Shown in pieces: positions 17,850 through 27,100 of a stretch of DNA of 53,462 bases. The notes below the pieces were generated by a model. That model saw nothing but the letters and a program-made list of their open reading frames with translations, was not told the origin of the DNA and did not search any database. A program made the translations under genes and the position numbers. How positions within the stretch are numbered: position 1 is the stretch's first letter; every line of letters starts with the position of its first letter. Source of the stretch: a virus (lineage: Duplodnaviria > Caudoviricetes); the IMG/VR virus record IMGVR_UViG_3300021088_000015, positions 1 to 53,462 of that record, one strand, 5' to 3'.

Positions 17850-18754
17850 CGGTCGGCCCCGTCCGGGATCGGCGCGACCTCAGGCCAGCCCCCGTCGTCG
17901 GGCTCAGGGGTCGGCTCGGACTGCGACGCGGGCCGGTGCGGAGCGGGAACGGCCCCGGTGATCTCCTCGACCGTGACGCGCTCCACCGGGAACTCGTCCT
18001 CGATCCGGACCTCACGCCGCTCGATCGACCGGAACACGATGCCGAGCTGCACGACGTCGTACTCATCCCACCGATCGGCCGGCTGCCCGAGCTTCTGCTC
18101 GATCTGCCCGAGCGTGACCCCCATCCCCTTGAAGCCCTGGACGGCGTCGGTGATGCGGTGCGCCAGCGGACGGCCGCCGCCGTTCTTGAGGGTCTCCCGG
18201 CAGATCTGCTTGGCCTCTTCAGTGAAGAACGGCGGCAGGATCGCGTAGATGGCCTCCCGGACGCGGCGGGCCCCGTTGTTGGCGTTGTTCTCGTAGATGT
18301 CGCGGACGTCGGTGAGCCGCTCGGGGCCGCCGTTCTCCTTCTTGCGGTCCCGCAGGTGGGGGACGATGAAGGTGTTGCTGTTGCGGGTGTTGGTCTGGAC
18401 GTCCCACGCGAACGCGATCATCTCGGACTGCCCGTACTCGTCATCCCTGCGCAACTCCGCGATGCCGTACTGGACGTTGCCGAAGCAGCGGGCGAGCTCG
18501 CGGGCGAGGTGCACGGTGGGTCCGGTGACGGTCTGCCCGCCGCGCGGGAACCGGTAGAACGCGCGCTCGGCGAGGTACAGCTGCTTGCAGGAGTCCTGCA
18601 TGGTGGCGCGGGCCAGCTGCAGGCTGCGCGGGCACTGCTGGGCGACCTGGACGGCGGCGAGGACTTCGGCCGCGGCGCGGGTCTGCTCCACGGCGGTGCC
18701 CTGCCCGACGCGGCCGGGGGCGGGCAGGTTCAGGGTGGTTGGCTCGGGGTTCAC
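17846..18754 (-). CDS. Putative single-strand annealing protein (functional partner of RecE-like nuclease)
   Basis: AFYRFPRGG..VTGPTVHLARELARCFGN motif; coupled to exonuclease VIII gene; acidic C-terminal tail. Confidence 0.55.
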   Translation of the reverse strand: MNPEPTTLNLPAPGRVGQGTAVEQTRAAAEVLAAVQVAQQCPRSLQLARATMQDSCKQLYLAERAFYRFPRGGQTVTGPTVHLARELARCFGNVQYGIAELRRDDEYGQSEMIAFAWDVQTNTRNSNTFIVPHLRDRKKENGGPERLTDVRDIYENNANNGARRVREAIYAILPPFFTEEAKQICRETLKNGGGRPLAHRITDAVQGFKGMGVTLGQIEQKLGQPADRWDEYDVVQLGIVFRSIERREVRIEDEFPVERVTVEEITGAVPAPHRPASQSEPTPEPDDGGWPEVAPIPDGADR

Positions 18755-19629
18755 GCTGACTCCTTCATGCGCTCGTGCTGCTTCTCGGCCCAAGCGGGCA
18801 GCTGGATGAGTTCGATCTCGTCACTGAAGGCCGGCCAGCGCCCGGACCGCTTGCACTCGCGGTAGAGGGAGATCGCGTCGCGGTTCAGCTCCCGCCCGAT
18901 CTCCATGGCGACCTGGTCGAGCTGGATGACGGTCACGATGTACGGCGGCGTTTTCTGCTGGAACACGAACACGAACGCCGGGTCTTCGGCGAGGCCCAAG
19001 GCCTTCACGCCGTCCAGGTACCAAGGGGCTTGCTGGTGGTACCCGTGCTGGTGAACGGCCTTCTGGATGCCCTCAGGGCTCACGTCGTGCGCGGTCTTGT
19101 AGTCCGGCACGATGAACCGACCGGGGCCCTGCGCGGGCAGCCAGTCGAGGCGGGCCCGCAGGTTGACGCCGGTCGCCTTGTCCTTCCAGAACAGGGACTG
19201 CTCCGGCCGGCCGCCGCGCTTGGGGTCGAACAGGGCGGACGCGACGGGGTGTCTGCGCAGTACGGCGGCCATGGCGAGCACCTGCTCGTACTCGGCGCGC
19301 TTGAGCGGCACCGCCCCGTCGTCGTAGGCGGCGGCCTTGAAGTCGCGGGCTTCCTTGGTCCGCCACTCCTCGACGTCGGCGACGCGTAGTTCCGGGCCGG
19401 TGCCGAGGACCATGTGGTGCGCGGCGTGCCCGTAGTCCCACACCTTTTTGTGCCCCTGCCCGTGGTCCTGCTCGTACCGGAACAGGGCGGGGCAGCTGGG
19501 CGGGAGCAGTCGGCGCGCCCCGGAGGACGACAGGGATCCGCCGGGGACGGGGTCGCGGTGGTAGCCGTCGGCGGGCATGTCGTAAATACCCGGCTTGTCG
19601 ATGACGATCTGGTCCGTGGTGATGGTCAT
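18751..19629 (-). CDS. Exonuclease VIII/RecE-like PD-(D/E)XK nuclease (DUF3799-type)
   Basis: YH..LSSSG, G.AAH, RARLDW, DYKT, YHQQAPWY. Confidence 0.85.
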   Translation of the reverse strand: MTITTDQIVIDKPGIYDMPADGYHRDPVPGGSLSSSGARRLLPPSCPALFRYEQDHGQGHKKVWDYGHAAHHMVLGTGPELRVADVEEWRTKEARDFKAAAYDDGAVPLKRAEYEQVLAMAAVLRRHPVASALFDPKRGGRPEQSLFWKDKATGVNLRARLDWLPAQGPGRFIVPDYKTAHDVSPEGIQKAVHQHGYHQQAPWYLDGVKALGLAEDPAFVFVFQQKTPPYIVTVIQLDQVAMEIGRELNRDAISLYRECKRSGRWPAFSDEIELIQLPAWAEKQHERMKESA

Positions 19630-20099
19630 GCCGACCTCCCCGGGGAGTTCCAGCAAGCCCTGCACCGACGTCGGCCATCTCGGGTTCTGTACGTGTTGGC
19701 CTCGGTGAACTCATGGCCGCGCTTGCAGTGCGTACGGAGGCGATTTGCGTCGGCGATCGGATTTCTCAGCCGCCCACGGCTCACGCAGTCCTGCATGTTC
19801 TGCGCCTGGTCACCGATGTACAGGTGCTCAGGGTTGACGCAGCTGGGGTTGTCGCACTTGTGCAGGGCGTACTCGTTCCGCAGCAGGGGCGTCCCGCGCA
19901 GGTGTCCGAGAATCCAGCGGTGCGCGTAGGTGCGGGTGGCAGCGTTAACGACGAAGTGGCCGTAGCCGTGAGGGGTCTTGCTCGCAGTCCAGATATGGCA
20001 TGCCCCCGGGCCGCCGGATGCATCGACTTTGGCGATGAAGCGTCGATAGGCGCCCGGTTCGGTGATGACGATCTGCTCGTCGAGGGTCACGGCGGTCAT
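19626..20099 (-). CDS. HNH homing endonuclease
   Basis: CHIW..GYG..AHR..HKCDNPSCVNPEHL..G...N, plus THCKRGH...CRAC Zn finger. Confidence 0.9.
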   Translation of the reverse strand: MTAVTLDEQIVITEPGAYRRFIAKVDASGGPGACHIWTASKTPHGYGHFVVNAATRTYAHRWILGHLRGTPLLRNEYALHKCDNPSCVNPEHLYIGDQAQNMQDCVSRGRLRNPIADANRLRTHCKRGHEFTEANTYRTRDGRRRCRACWNSPGRSA

Positions 20100-20401
20100 C
20101 GCCGACCCCCCACAGCGCCCGAGATGATCGCGGCGGCCTCGCGGACCGCTGCGGCGATCTCGGGATGCCCGAGTCCGCTGAGCACCGTGGCGAAGGTGGA
20201 AGCCAGCTCCGGCGCGATCTCGACGGTGTCCGCGTGACCGATGACCACCGACACGTTGGAAGCCTGGTCGTCGTACTGGTAGGCGTACACGACGATGCCG
20301 TCCACGTCGTGCACGATCTGCCCGTGGTTGCGGAACCGGTCGTGGTTGGTCCGGCACCACGGCGGGCAGGGCGTGGTCGCCATGCTCGCGGCGGCGATCA
20401 C
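20096..20401 (-). CDS. Hypothetical protein with CPPWC..H motif
   Basis: CPPWCRTNH...H; coupled. Confidence 0.6.
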   Translation of the reverse strand: MIAAASMATTPCPPWCRTNHDRFRNHGQIVHDVDGIVVYAYQYDDQASNVSVVIGHADTVEIAPELASTFATVLSGLGHPEIAAAVREAAAIISGAVGGRR

Positions 20402-20691
20402 TTCGCACCGCCGGAGTCGATGCGGTCCAGGACGAGCTCGAGGTGCCGGGCGCGCTGCTGCCTCTGCAGGTCGGCGATCACGTCGTGCTCGGCGGCCACG
20501 TTCTTGGTGCGGTAGCGGAGGGCGTGGTCGACGGACGCCGAAAGCGCCTTCAGGACCTGGTCGTTGACTTCGGCCCAGCCGAGGAGGAAGTCGAGGGCGC
20601 TCCGGTAGTCGCCGCTGGTCAGGTAGGTGGGTGAGGTCTCGTCGCGGAGCGCGGTACGGATCTCTTCCAGGTCCGGCTTCGGGGCGTTCAC
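20398..20691 (-). CDS. Hypothetical protein
   Basis: GGAGG RBS, GTG start. Confidence 0.6.
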   Translation of the reverse strand: MNAPKPDLEEIRTALRDETSPTYLTSGDYRSALDFLLGWAEVNDQVLKALSASVDHALRYRTKNVAAEHDVIADLQRQQRARHLELVLDRIDSGGAK

Positions 20692-20948
20692 CGTGCCTCC
20701 TCGGGGGTCTCGGCGCGGTGGTCGTCGGGCGTGTGGGTGAGGCACCCGCAGCGGGCGACGACCTTCGGCATCTCGCTGGGCGCAGGCCAGTTCCCCGGCC
20801 ACCACAGCGGGTCGCCGAGGTTGTTGAGGTCGATCGGCTCGGGCTCCGGGAGCGACTGGTAGTCGGTGCGGATGACCGGCTGGACGCAGACGTGGCCTTC
20901 GTGCCGGTGACCGCACCCGCAGGTCTCGGTGTCGTCGAGGAGGTTCAT
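20688..20948 (-). CDS. Small Cys/His-rich protein
   Basis: CGCGH.H..H.C...CGC. Confidence 0.55.
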   Translation of the reverse strand: MNLLDDTETCGCGHRHEGHVCVQPVIRTDYQSLPEPEPIDLNNLGDPLWWPGNWPAPSEMPKVVARCGCLTHTPDDHRAETPEEAR

Positions 20949-21283
20949 CGGCCCGTCACCAGGTGCTCGAGCGCCTCGTCCAGGCAGGCGCGCATCTGCT
21001 CCGCGTACACGGTGCTGTCGCCGAGCTCGGCCTCGAGCGCCTGGACGTCGACCTCGCCGAGCTCCGCGCGCTGCCACGCCGTGTAGGCCTCCCGGGCGTC
21101 GGTGAACGCGTCCTCGAACTGCTGTCCGCGCAGGTCGGAGAGGCGCTCGAACAGGTAGGGCAGGCTCGTGCTGGGGATGCGCCCGTTGACGTACTTGTCG
21201 ACGAGGTCCTCGACGCGGCCGAGGACGGCCTTGCGGGCGGTCTGCTCGATACCGTCCATTCGGTCTCTGAGGGCGATGGTCAT
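20945..21283 (-). CDS. Hypothetical protein
   Basis: GGAGG RBS; MTIALRDRMDG... Confidence 0.65.
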   Translation of the reverse strand: MTIALRDRMDGIEQTARKAVLGRVEDLVDKYVNGRIPSTSLPYLFERLSDLRGQQFEDAFTDAREAYTAWQRAELGEVDVQALEAELGDSTVYAEQMRACLDEALEHLVTGR

Positions 21284-21366
21284 GGTTGTCCTCCCGTAGG
21301 GTCGGGGGCGTGGGAGTCCTCCCACACCCGCCTCGGCCTGGTGACTCAGGCCGGGGCACTTGCATG

Positions 21367-21567
21367 TCAGGCGGCGGTACGTGCGGCCTCTGCGCGGTAC
21401 TGGCGGATCCGTGCGGCGATCTCCTCGCGGGACAGCCCACCCGGCCGGTAAGCGGCCTCGGCCGCCTGCTCGGGGGTCTGGAGGGCGAGGGCCGCCCACG
21501 CGTCCGACGCGACCCGCGCGGCGGCGTCGAAGGCCTCCTCCTTGGTGCACAGCGGCGGGGCCATCAC
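21367..21567 (-). CDS. Hypothetical protein
   Basis: 66 aa; coupled to Xis/Cro gene. Confidence 0.55.
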   Translation of the reverse strand: MMAPPLCTKEEAFDAAARVASDAWAALALQTPEQAAEAAYRPGGLSREEIAARIRQYRAEAARTAA

Positions 21568-21764
21568 CGGGCCGCCGGCTCGGGCTCGGCGGGGACGATC
21601 TCCTGCCGCTTCAGGTACTCGGCGATCGCGGCGTCGGAGATCATCACGTTGCCGTTGCGTCCCGGCCCCTTGGTCGCCTTCAGCAGTCCGTCGCGGATGT
21701 AGCGGTCGACGGTGCGCTGCGACTTTCTGAGCTGCTCGGCGGTCTCGGCCTTCGTGTAGAGCAC
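21564..21764 (-). CDS. Excisionase/Cro-like HTH protein (first early gene)
   Basis: LYTKAETAEQLRKSQRTVDRYIRDGLLKA, MerR/Xis-type HTH; divergent from repressor. Confidence 0.8.
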   Translation of the reverse strand: MLYTKAETAEQLRKSQRTVDRYIRDGLLKATKGPGRNGNVMISDAAIAEYLKRQEIVPAEPEPAAR

Positions 21765-21911
21765 CAGCGCCCTCCGTTTCTTCGATCGTGTAGCGCGTTG
21801 ATTCGTACGCTACATCTAATCGTCATCACGAGACAAGGCGCGACAGCAAGAGGAAAGAAATTACGGAGCGGGGGTCCCTACAGAAAGAGACAACATGCGA
21901 CACTGCTGGAC
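21765..21911. promoter_or_regulatory. Lysis/lysogeny switch with candidate operators
   Basis: AT-richer divergent intergenic; GAGACAAnnnGCGACA at 21830-21845 and 21887-21902; TGTAGCG...CGCTACA inverted repeat. Confidence 0.6.
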
Positions 21912-22376
21912 ATGACCGAGCACGGCGAGGCCGCGAGCGCGCCCGCCCGGCCCCTCTACGACCGGGTCGAGCAGATCCGGCTCAAACGCGGCCTCAGCAA
22001 GATCGAGATCGCCGACCTGATCGGCGTCGCCCGCAGCACCATCGACAAGTGGCAGCGCAACCGCCGCCCGCCAGGCGCCCGCACCGTCAAGGACGTCGCC
22101 GAGCGCCTCGGCATCGACCACGACGAAGCCCTCCGGCTGGCCGGCATCACCTCGGCCGCGGGCGGCGGCTTGCAGACCGTGCCGGATCTCTCTGCCGAGG
22201 AGCAAGGCGTGTACCCCGATTTCGTCGGCGACGATCTCCTGTCGCGCCACATCTGGGATGGGCCCGGCACGGAGGTGGAGCGGCATGCGGCGATCAGCGG
22301 CCTGCAGCTGCACCGGGAGATGTACCCGGAGAATCCGGGGACCGCGGGCGAGCGGGCCGGACGTCGCCACGCCTGA
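21912..22376 (+). CDS. XRE-family immunity repressor
   Basis: IRLKRGLSKIEIADLIGVARSTIDKWQRNRRPP HTH. Confidence 0.8.
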   Translation: MTEHGEAASAPARPLYDRVEQIRLKRGLSKIEIADLIGVARSTIDKWQRNRRPPGARTVKDVAERLGIDHDEALRLAGITSAAGGGLQTVPDLSAEEQGVYPDFVGDDLLSRHIWDGPGTEVERHAAISGLQLHREMYPENPGTAGERAGRRHA

Positions 22377-22457
22377 TCGCGAATGCAACGATCAGGTAAC
22401 GGCATGTTGAAGACGTAAACGGCGGCGTTCACAGATGCGTCACTAGAAGTGCCAGGG

Positions 22458-23063
22458 ATGGATCTCGCCCAACCACAGGTGGACGGGTTGCAGGATCCAG
22501 AGCAAGAGAATGATGTGCTGCGCGCTTTGCGGCGGCAGGCCGAGGCGCTCAGTGCGCAGATCGAAGATAGTCAGCGCCTTCTCCAGGCCACCCGCCAGCG
22601 GATCGTCATGGCCGAGGCCCACGAACGGCAGCGGCGCGCCCGCTACTACGACACCATCGCCGAGCACGGCAACCCGCCGCCCGACCTGACCGACGCGATC
22701 CGCACCCCCACCAGCTCCGGAGACGACTGGGCGATCTGGGTGCCCCTCGACAAAGGCCGCGGTGAGGTCCTGACGGTCATCGACGGCGGTGGCCGGCCAG
22801 ATGACCCGTACGGGGAGGCCGAGGTGCACCGGCATCTACGCGAGGCCGCGAGCACGACCGCTGGCGTGGGTGAGGAGTTCCGGTTGCGGCTGGCGGACGC
22901 ACCGCCCCCGCTGAAGGCCTACATGCTGGGGCCGGTGACTGATCCGCTGCTCGTGGTCAGCTCCGATATTCCGGTGGCCGAGCGCGGAGCGGCCGCGAGG
23001 TGGCTGATACGGATCGCGAAGGACAGGCAGGCGCGTATAGACATGATTGCCCGCCAGGGGTGA
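22458..23063 (+). CDS. Hypothetical protein downstream of repressor
   Basis: N-terminal coiled coil; 201 aa. Confidence 0.65.
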   Translation: MDLAQPQVDGLQDPEQENDVLRALRRQAEALSAQIEDSQRLLQATRQRIVMAEAHERQRRARYYDTIAEHGNPPPDLTDAIRTPTSSGDDWAIWVPLDKGRGEVLTVIDGGGRPDDPYGEAEVHRHLREAASTTAGVGEEFRLRLADAPPPLKAYMLGPVTDPLLVVSSDIPVAERGAAARWLIRIAKDRQARIDMIARQG

Positions 23064-23065
23064 CC

Positions 23066-23845
23066 ATGGGCGGCATGGACTCCCACCTCCCGCTCGGCGT
23101 CGACATCTGCCACCCCAGTCCCGCCCGCACCTATGACTACCTGCTCGGCGGTAAGGATAACTATCCGGTAGACCGGGAGGCCGCCGAGGCGGTCATCGCG
23201 GTCTGGCCCGGCATGCGCGACATGGGCCGCGCCGCCCGCGCGTGGGCGATGCGCGTGGTCACCTACCTGGCAGAGCAGGGCGTCGATCAGTACCTGGACA
23301 TCGGGTCCGGTCTCCCGACCGCCGAGAACGTTCACCAGGTCGCGCAGCGCATCAACCCGGCCGCGCGCGTCATGTACGCCGACAACGACCCCATCGTCTT
23401 GGCGCACGGCCGCGCCCTGCTGGCCGAGAACGACCGCACCGAGTACGTCGAGGCCGATGTGCGCGACCCGAAGGTGATCCTGGCCGGCGCGGCGAAACTG
23501 CTCGATTTCAGCCGGCCGGTCGCCCTGATCCTGTCGGTGGTCCTGCACTATGTGCCGGAGGATCCCGCCGAGCTGCTCGCCGCCTACGTCCAGGCGCTCG
23601 CTCCGGGCAGTTTCGTGGCGATCAGCCACAACACCACGCAGGGCATGGCGCCCGAACTACGCGAGTGGGTGGCGGGGGTTTTCCCGTCCGGCTGGTATCC
23701 GAGGACGCCCGACGACATTCTGCGGATCTTCCAGGGGCTCGAGCTGGTGGAGCCGGGCCTGGTCACCATTGAGCAGTGGCGTCCCACGGCGGAGCCTGTG
23801 CCGCTTCAGATGCCGCTGCTGGGCGGTATTGCCCGCGTCGGCTAG
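23066..23845 (+). CDS. Actinobacterial SAM-dependent methyltransferase (Methyltransf_19/DUF574 type)
   Basis: PSPARTYDYLLGGKDNYPVDR, QYLDIGSGLPT..NVH, DNDPIVLAHGRALL. Confidence 0.9.
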   Translation: MGGMDSHLPLGVDICHPSPARTYDYLLGGKDNYPVDREAAEAVIAVWPGMRDMGRAARAWAMRVVTYLAEQGVDQYLDIGSGLPTAENVHQVAQRINPAARVMYADNDPIVLAHGRALLAENDRTEYVEADVRDPKVILAGAAKLLDFSRPVALILSVVLHYVPEDPAELLAAYVQALAPGSFVAISHNTTQGMAPELREWVAGVFPSGWYPRTPDDILRIFQGLELVEPGLVTIEQWRPTAEPVPLQMPLLGGIARVG

Positions 23846-24027
23846 AGGTCGTGCTGACCTGCTTTGATCTGGGTTAGGAGGCCGCGCCAGGCCTGGGGTG
23901 TCAGGTGCAGGTGCGGGTCGCCGGGGCGTTTGGAGTCGCGCAGGCCTACAGCGCCGCGAAGGGCGCGCGCCTCCGCGCAGTTGCCCTGGTGTTCACTGCG
24001 GGTGCTCTTGCGCCATTGTGGCTGCAT
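23842..24027 (-). CDS. DUF397 protein
   Basis: WRKSTRS...NCAE...VGLRDSK.P..P.L....W. Confidence 0.9.
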   Translation of the reverse strand: MQPQWRKSTRSEHQGNCAEARALRGAVGLRDSKRPGDPHLHLTPQAWRGLLTQIKAGQHDL

Positions 24028-24901
24028 ATGCTCTGTCTCTCGCGGAGCGGAGGTCCGCCATCACGGCGGATATCAGTCTGATCGTATCCAGGCCCTTCGC
24101 GCCTGCGACGACCAATGTCTCAAACGTGAACCGGAAACGGTTCAGCGCGGCGTCCTCTTCAACCCAGATGGGGCCGCCGGTCGTCTCCAGGTAGCCTGCC
24201 TGCGGGCCCAGGAACTCCGGAAACGTCATCAGCACGAACGGCCCCGTTCCGGGCAGGGCGCCTGCCGAGAACGGCACGATGATGAGTTTCACCCGGCCGA
24301 GGCGGGCCATTTTGTCGAGGTGCCCGAGCTGCTGAAGCATCACGTCGTACCCGCCGACGAGGTTGCGCAGTGCGGCCTCGCCGAGCACGACCCACAGGTC
24401 AACCGGGTCGGTGGTGTCGGTGATCAGCTGCGACTGCCGTTCCTGGCGGACCGCGGCGAGCAGCTCGATCTCCTCGTCCGGCACATCTGGGCGTCGGCCG
24501 CGCATGAGGGCGCGGGCGTAGGCGGGGGTCTGGAGCAGCCCGGGGACGACGCTGGGCTCATAGTTCTGGATCTTGGATGCGGCGGCTTCCAGGCCGATGT
24601 AGGTGGAGTACTGGTCGCTCACGCCCCGGTAGGCGAACCACCAGCCGCGTTGGCGTGCTTCGCGGGCGATGCCGAGCAGCTCTTCGCGGCGCGGGTCGGT
24701 GACGCCGTAGAGGTCTAGGAGTGTGGCGACGTCGCTGATCTCGGGTAGCCGCCATTCGTTGCGTTCGGCTCTCGTCAGTTTCGAGGGGTGCCAGTTGAGG
24801 CGTTTGGCGACCTGTGTGACGGTCTGGCCGCTGTCCTCGCGCAGGGTGCGGAGTTCGATGGAGAGCAGGCGGCGGCGCACGGTGGGGCTGCGTCTGTGCA
24901 T
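23993..24901 (-). CDS. XRE HTH-DUF5753 regulator (WhiJ/Scr1-like)
   Basis: SPTVRRRLL..ELR.LRE, RGWW, GLEAAA, VPGLLQTPAYA, VM..QL.HL. Confidence 0.9.
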   Translation of the reverse strand: MHRRSPTVRRRLLSIELRTLREDSGQTVTQVAKRLNWHPSKLTRAERNEWRLPEISDVATLLDLYGVTDPRREELLGIAREARQRGWWFAYRGVSDQYSTYIGLEAAASKIQNYEPSVVPGLLQTPAYARALMRGRRPDVPDEEIELLAAVRQERQSQLITDTTDPVDLWVVLGEAALRNLVGGYDVMLQQLGHLDKMARLGRVKLIIVPFSAGALPGTGPFVLMTFPEFLGPQAGYLETTGGPIWVEEDAALNRFRFTFETLVVAGAKGLDTIRLISAVMADLRSARDRAYAATMAQEHPQ

Positions 24902-25232
24902 CTGGGCCTCCGTGCGCAATTTCGTAACTCCGGGCTTGTGTAGGTATTGCAGATTCTGTAGGCAAGCGGCAGTCTGGTCAAGCGCCAAGCACGGGGTTGG
25001 TGCGCCGAGCCAACGGGGGGTCGGCTAGCAAGAGGAGGGGCGCGGCGGGTGGACTCTCGCGAGATCCATCCCTGGCCGGAAACCCGCCGCGCCCTCTCCA
25101 ATCTAGCTGGCCACCTGATCGTGTTCCCGGGGAGGTAGGAAAGTACCGTCCCGCAAGCGGCTGCCCGGTATCGGCCGGGCATGCGACCCTGGACACCACC
25201 CCCTACCTCCCACGCTCCGCCAGGAGGCCGCC

Positions 25233-26828
25233 GTGCCCCCCCAGCTCACCGCCGACCCCATCCCCACCATCGGCTACATCCGCGTCTCGATGGCCCGCGA
25301 GGAGATGATCTCGCCCGCGATTCAGCGGTCCGCGATCGAGGAATGGGCGCGGCGGACCGGCCGGCAGATCGTCCTCTGGATCGAGGACCTCGACCTAAGC
25401 GGCCGCAATTTCCGCCGCAAGGTGATGGGGGGCATCGAGCGCCTGGAGGCGGGGGAGGCGCGTGAGATCGCCTGCTACCGGTACGACCGGTGGGGCCGAA
25501 ACGCGTTCGAGAGCCTGGCCAACATCGCCCGGGTGGAGCAGGCCGGCGGACACGTCCAGTCCGCCACCGAGCCGATGGACGCCGAAACGGCCATCGGCAA
25601 GTACAACCGTTTGAACGCGTTGGGTTTGGCGGAAATGCAGTCCGACATCATCTCGGACAACTGGAAGGCAGCCCTCGCCAACCGGATCGGCCGCCAGATT
25701 CACCCGTCCGGCGCTGCGCAGTTCGGGTATCTACGACTCGGCAGGGTCCGCTCCGAGGACGATCCGACCCGGTTTCGCAGGGATCGCGACGACGCAGCGG
25801 GGGAGCGGTACGAAGCCGATTACGCCGGCGGGGCCGCCGATGTGCTGATCGGCATGTACGACCGGTACATCACCGAGCAGAAGGGGTTTAGGAAGATCGC
25901 GGTCTGGCTCAACGCCCGCGGTATCCTCAACACCCGCGGCGCCCCCTGGTCCGACGTCACCGTCCGGAACGTGCTCGACTCCGGGTTCGGGGCCGGGTAT
26001 CTGCGGATCCACGACAAGGATTGCAAGTGCGGGAAGCCCTCGAGCTGCCGGAAGCGGGAGTACGTTCCCGGCGCGCACGAGCCGATCCTGGACGAGCCGA
26101 CCTGGCAGGCCTACCTCGCGCTCCGGGCCCGCCGCCGGAACCTCCCGCCCCGCTCCCGTTACGCCGCCTACCCGCTTACCTCCCTGATCCTGTGCGGGCA
26201 CTGCTGCTCCGGCATGTCCGCGCAGAACGCGTCGTACGTGCCCGGCCACACCTACCGGTGTACGAGATGGAAGCAGTACGGCGGCGACACCCCGGGCGGC
26301 TGCCGAGGGGTGTTCCCGCAGCGCCTCCGGGTTGAGGCCGCCGTGCGGGCCCGGCTGGCGGAGTGGGCCGATGAGATCGACGGGCGCACTGCCGTGCGGG
26401 AGGCGAAGGCCGCGGTGCGGGTCCCCGCCGCCATCGACCGGGACCGGATCGCCCGCGCCCTCGTGGCCACTGACGCGGCGCTGACCCGGCTGGCCGTCAC
26501 CAACGCCGTCGACCCGATGCCGGAGGGCGTGTATAAGGCGGCCCGCGCCGAGCTGCTCGCCAAACGCACCCAGGCCGAGGCCGAGCTCGAGGCCGCGCCG
26601 GCCGAAGACGCCCCCGCCGTCGACTACCTGCCGATCGTCCGCAGCATCCTGGAAGGCTGGGATTTGTGGCCTGCAGGTCAGGTCCGGGACATGCTGGCGA
26701 AGGTGATCCGCCACGTGAAGGTGTCCCGCCAGCCGGGCGTGCCGACCAAGAGCCGTCACCCTCCGCTCGTGGATGTCACCCCGGTGTGGGAGCCGTGCGA
26801 TTGCGTGGCCTGCGAGCGGGTGCGCTGA
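25233..26828 (+). CDS. int: Large serine integrase
   Basis: GYIRVS catalytic Ser, DLDLSG, YDRWGRN, recombinase domain, CGHC...YRC...C Zn ribbon, coiled coil; AGGAGG RBS. Confidence 0.93.
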   Translation: MPPQLTADPIPTIGYIRVSMAREEMISPAIQRSAIEEWARRTGRQIVLWIEDLDLSGRNFRRKVMGGIERLEAGEAREIACYRYDRWGRNAFESLANIARVEQAGGHVQSATEPMDAETAIGKYNRLNALGLAEMQSDIISDNWKAALANRIGRQIHPSGAAQFGYLRLGRVRSEDDPTRFRRDRDDAAGERYEADYAGGAADVLIGMYDRYITEQKGFRKIAVWLNARGILNTRGAPWSDVTVRNVLDSGFGAGYLRIHDKDCKCGKPSSCRKREYVPGAHEPILDEPTWQAYLALRARRRNLPPRSRYAAYPLTSLILCGHCCSGMSAQNASYVPGHTYRCTRWKQYGGDTPGGCRGVFPQRLRVEAAVRARLAEWADEIDGRTAVREAKAAVRVPAAIDRDRIARALVATDAALTRLAVTNAVDPMPEGVYKAARAELLAKRTQAEAELEAAPAEDAPAVDYLPIVRSILEGWDLWPAGQVRDMLAKVIRHVKVSRQPGVPTKSRHPPLVDVTPVWEPCDCVACERVR

Positions 26829-26830
26829 TC

Positions 26831-26870
26831 CGGATCGTTCCGTATCGTTCCGTCTTGTTCAGTTCCGTTC
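26831..26870 (+). repeat. Four tandem 10-bp units each ending GTTC
   Basis: CGGATCGTTC CGTATCGTTC CGTCTTGTTC AGTTCCGTTC. Confidence 0.75.
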
Positions 26871-26899
26871 ACCTTTGGCGAAACCGCAGGTCACAGCGA

Positions 26900-26943
26900 G
26901 TGTCCTTTACAGAAGACGCGAGTCGGGAAGTTTCGTAAAACAA
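26900..26943. other. Candidate attP site
   Basis: Non-coding, imperfect inverted repeat TGTCCTTTACAGAA...TTCGTAAAACA directly downstream of int. Confidence 0.35.
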
Positions 26944-27100
26944 GTCTGCGCGAGTCCTACGCCAAGGGCGAGCTGGACGTGACGACCCTGGACGGCTAGG
27001 GCCCGATCCGCCCGGAAGATGTGAGATTCGCCGGGGATGCGTCCGGGAAGTAGGGCACCCTGCAATCGGGACTCTTTACGTCCCGGAGAGCCGGCGCACC

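Noticed and set aside
23066-23845. DNA methyltransferase / restriction-modification system
   Set aside because: Motifs match the DUF574 family; no DPPY/NPPY or PC motif and no nuclease partner
26831-26870. Possible mini-CRISPR array
   Set aside because: Units are 10 bp with no spacers and there are no cas genes
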